DNA of 64,000 nt. Origin: Eukaryota sp. GEM-RC1 (taxonomy: Eukaryota). Every line of letters starts with the position of its first letter. Within the stretch, counting starts at the first letter, position 1. The notes beneath the pieces are model-generated. The model was not told where the DNA came from. It ran no database searches and saw nothing but the letters and a program-made list of their open reading frames with translations. Position numbers and translations under genes: made by a program. The stretch spans positions 868,001 through 932,000 of the forward strand of contig JAUFOQ010000003.1 in NCBI GenBank assembly GCA_040285855.1, read 5' to 3'. Shown here piece by piece: positions 60,234 to 64,000 of the stretch.

Positions 60234-63200
60234 TTTTTTTTTTGAATTACCCTTTATTAAAAACATTAAAATAAACACAAATACTAGAATTCAATATCAT
60301 TAAAGCAACAATCATTGCCATTAAAACTCACATCAGCTTTTTCTTCATAAAAAACACTGAGAGCTAATAGAGCTTTTGAAATCATGATAGGAATTGTTTT
60401 AAATATTGTAAAAACAATACGATTCAACCAAAATTTGAAATCAAATTTCTTGTTCATTCTTTTTTGACCACTTTCTCAAAATCAGAGAGAAAACAAAGAG
60501 CATCTCTACCAAGTCGACCATAAATTGAAATTGCAAAAGGACATAATTTGTACTCAACATGTCTAATATGTTTGAGAGCAGTCAGTGGTTCATCATATTT
60601 GTTTCTCTTGTATTGTTCTGAAGAATTCAGTGGCGAAACTTCAGTTTTAGCATCCTTGAATGCACTTTTTTGCAAACATCCACAGTAATCACATCAACAA
60701 CGGTTAGTTCATCATTAACTGATGGAACAATAACATCAGCTCTTCGTTTACCAAAAGTCTTATCAGAATCACTATTTTTTGAATTATTGATTTCCAGTGA
60801 TCTCAACAGTGGCTCAACGAAAGATTCGATTTTGTAGGACTTACACATTGCATGAATTTGATCTCTAACAGCATCATGAATACAAGTTCTATAAGTAATG
60901 AAACGATTGCAACTCAAAAGGTGAGAAAAAGTAACTAATTTACCACATTTGCATTGAAGATCATTGGGTAAATTAGAGGGCCACAAGAAACATCGAAGTC
61001 TGAATGTAGTAGTCCATTGATGATCATTCAACAACAAACCATAAATCTGAGGAATTTGGTTAATCAAAGCAACTGAAGAACTGTCCTTTAAATCGATTAA
61101 AAATTTGCGAAAGCTGGATTTTTTCTTTGGCCGAGCCAAGTCGAATTTTAAAATCCAGACATTCAAAATGTTTTAAAAGGTGTTTTTGGAGTTTCTTAAG
61201 AGCAAATTTTAACGAGGTGACACATCGTTCTGGAATTTCACAAATATCTGCTGGAAAACAAGTTTGCCAGAGGTCAGGTGAAATTAGTGACAATTCTGAT
61301 CTCAAATTTACCAAGAAAAAACTACTTGTCGAAACAAGAAGATTTTCTTGACTTGGGTACCGTCTACAGAACTCAAAGACAAAATTCTTACCACCACCAA
61401 TGAAAGCAGATTTGGTCCACCATTTAGACGAAGTGAAACCAATACCACCAAGATGAGGATCTGAGAAGATGTGATTGTTCAAAGCAGCAGGATCCACTGA
61501 TAACAAAAATGCAAGAAAGTCAGTACGAATTTTGTTAAAGCTTCTACAGAAGTTATAGGTAAGTACAGGGGGGAGAGATCGAAGCAGATGGGTAACTTTT
61601 CCTGAATAACAAATTTTTAGCATAAAGAATTTGAGATGTTTTTCCAATTGTAATTCCTTAATTTGATCTAATTCTTTTCGCATTGAATCCAAATATACAT
61701 TCAGATCTTTAACAATGTTGTCATGTGAACCAAGATAACAACCTAGAAATCTAAAGCTTGAAGATAAATAGTTCACAAAGGGAACCTCTAAAGAATTAAC
61801 AATTAAAGTTACAGGTACCTTGGCAATCAAAAACATTTTTGCACATTTAATTGAAGTCCAATAGCATCGTACAAATCAGCAGCCTGATTCGCAATAATAC
61901 GAAGAGTTGACATAGGAGCAATAAAAGAAATGTCATCCATATAAGCTACGATTTCTAAGTCTGCATGTTCTTCTTTGAGTTTTTTCAGGATTGGATGAAT
62001 AGCCAAACAAAAAAAGAAGGGACCAAGAGGATCTCCTTGTTTAACACCAGAAACAGAATTAAGAACAAATGAATTAAAAACTAAGTCAGAAGAGTGACCA
62101 TAAAAACAATGAAAAAGGTACCTAATTCTGGAAAACTCTTTTCCAATTCAGAACAAATGGCAGATCGTTTAACAGAATTAAAAGCATTCTTAAAATCCAA
62201 ATTGAAAATGCAATTATTTTCAACCGCATTGAAGAAAACATCAGAAGAAAGGGCAGCCACGGAAGCTCCATCAATGGTTTTAATACCATATTGATAAGGT
62301 GAAAAGAAATCCTTGGCTTTGTTCGAAATTCTTTCAAAGACAACAGAAGCAAACAAACGGTAAATAGCTTCACCAACAGCAATAGGACGGATTTTCTTGT
62401 TAGGCTTAATCAGTGCAACCAAACGAGAAGCAGACAACTCTTTTGGAGGAACAACCTTCGATAACAAAACATTGTTGAAAAAAGACATAAATCTTCAACA
62501 ATAAGTGAATTTTGACGTGAAACAGATTTGAGCATATCAAAAGTAATACCTGAAGGTCCAGGAGCTTTTCCTGAAGGGAGTTTTAAAATACAACTCATCA
62601 ACTCATCCACTCTAATGGGGTTTTCTTTCCAATACAAAGAAGGCATAGGCTTGACAGGAGAAAATTTTTCCAATGGATGAAGAGCCTGAAGTTGAGAAAC
62701 AGTGTCCTCAGAAACAGGAGCAAGATCTGAAGAAAAAATGGCATTCTTAGCTGAACCATACCTACCTCGAAGAAGTTGTTGACGTACAACTTTATCCTTT
62801 GGTAATTTCTTTGGAGCAAACACTTTCTTAGGGCGATTACAGGATTGAGATTGTTTCTCAAGAAAAAACTTCCAGATGTGAAGAACATCCCAAGAACCTA
62901 GTGAAAGCGCTAGAGTAAAAGACCGAAAAGCAATAGAAAAAGGAATGGAGCCTTTGGGGCTGAGTTGATTTGGAATTTTCACAAAGGGTCGAAGAGTATC
63001 AACAGAGAGACAATCTCCACAAAACAAATAATTGTTTTTAATTAGGCAGGACGCCGAAACAGTTTTGCAAAAATTACATTCATTAAACTGACCAAATTTT
63101 GTAAAGGAATTATCAGAAAGAGGCTGAACGTTGTCTTCTGCCGTAACCTCAGAAGTGACAGCCAGACTGTCAACAACATTTGAGACTTCTGCAATGGCAG

Positions 63201-63680
63201 CTGATAGGGAATCAGGAATTTTAGGCAAATCAAAATTTGGACAAACTTTCTGATTTTTTCGGTGACCTAATTGACCACAAGAAGAACAGTTAGGTAGAGC
63301 TCTTTTTCGAATTTGCTGAGAAGCAGGGATCACAACTTCAGGAGAAGATTTGATGGAAGTAGAAGCAGCGTTAGACTCAGAAAAGACCTCAGAAGTAGAA
63401 GAAGTTTTAGAGGGAACAAAAGTGGGATTAGAAGAACAAAGAGGCAAAGAACTTGGCAACTCAACTGGACGTGAAGCTAGAACCTTATTGACAAGAGGGC
63501 TAACAGGAAATACAGACTGTGAAACACGAGACATAGAATCACCAGAAGAAGAAAGATGACTTACGGAAAGAGCAGAAGAGGGAGTCACAGAAGATTTACT
63601 GCTAACCAGAGAAATCCGAGTAAATGGACGCACAAGTGGAGCTGAAGGACGACTTAGAGCAAAGATGGAGTACCCGCAAG
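60234..63680 (-). mobile_element. Non-LTR retrotransposon, CRE/SLACS-like clade (Zn knuckle, RT, restriction-like endonuclease), probably 5'-truncated
   Basis: CSSCGQLGHRKNQKVC, KAPGPSGI, RPIAVGE, LDFKNAFNSVKR, GVKQGDPLGP, AYMDD, CKCG...HLLSC, IHDAVRD and RRADVIV...VVDV. Stop at 60284-60286; poly(A) at 60234-60243. About seven one-base homopolymer deletions split one ORF. Confidence 0.9.
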
Positions 63681-64000
63681 CTTAGCCGCAATGCATGGTG
63701 ACATTCTTGGTGTCCTGTAACTTGGTTTATTAGGAAGACAATATTCCAAAGAATTTGTCACATGTCAGAGATTTTATTTGAAATGATTTGCTCCACCAAG
63801 ATCTCTCTTCTTTATAATCTACAGTACACTATACCCAACAGTGTTATTGATTATAACTCGTGTTCCAAAGAGCTCTATATATCAACGTGTCCTGGAGATC
63901 TTTCCGAAACTGCAACCGATCCATTTCTTCACTGAAATGAAATGATTGTATCAATACTTTCTTTCCAAAGTTGTTGAAGGATCAAATATAATGTAACTTT

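Noticed and set aside
1..64000. Non-standard genetic code as the cause of fragmented ORFs
   Set aside because: The breaks are frame changes rather than in-frame stops. TAA, TAG and TGA all end conserved proteins (p23, HECT, IFT52).

Overview
Nuclear DNA of a compact-genome, flagellated microbial eukaryote: standard code, 30-33 nt GT-AG introns, intergenic gaps under 100 bp, IFT52 present. 1-20.8 kb is a tandem array of a ~1.7-kb unit (11 copies visible) encoding a small eIF4G-like MIF4G protein. Two copies carry the same internally deleted Ty3/Gypsy element with 66-bp LTRs. 20.8-39 kb holds MITEs, a LINE fragment, a nested hAT/MULE/MITE insertion and housekeeping genes (tandem-BTB protein, threonine synthase, p23, GT61 glycosyltransferase, UBE3A-like HECT ligase, IFT52, COG3). 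39-59 kb is the most interesting part: two paralogous giant single-pass surface receptors built from G8-like, RCC1-propeller and beta-helix modules. Receptor A ends in a cytoplasmic MLKL-type four-helix bundle, a coiled coil and a kinase. Receptor B has a longer stalk and lacks exactly that cassette. Their outermost RCC1 propellers differ in predicted ligand-facing loops, which suggests an innate-immune or cell-death receptor plus decoy pair (inference). 59-64 kb holds a hAT-like MITE and a CRE-clade non-LTR retrotransposon. Many genes are split by single-base indels in homopolymer runs, most likely long-read errors but testable as recoding. All domain calls come from motif recognition by eye; no searches were run.
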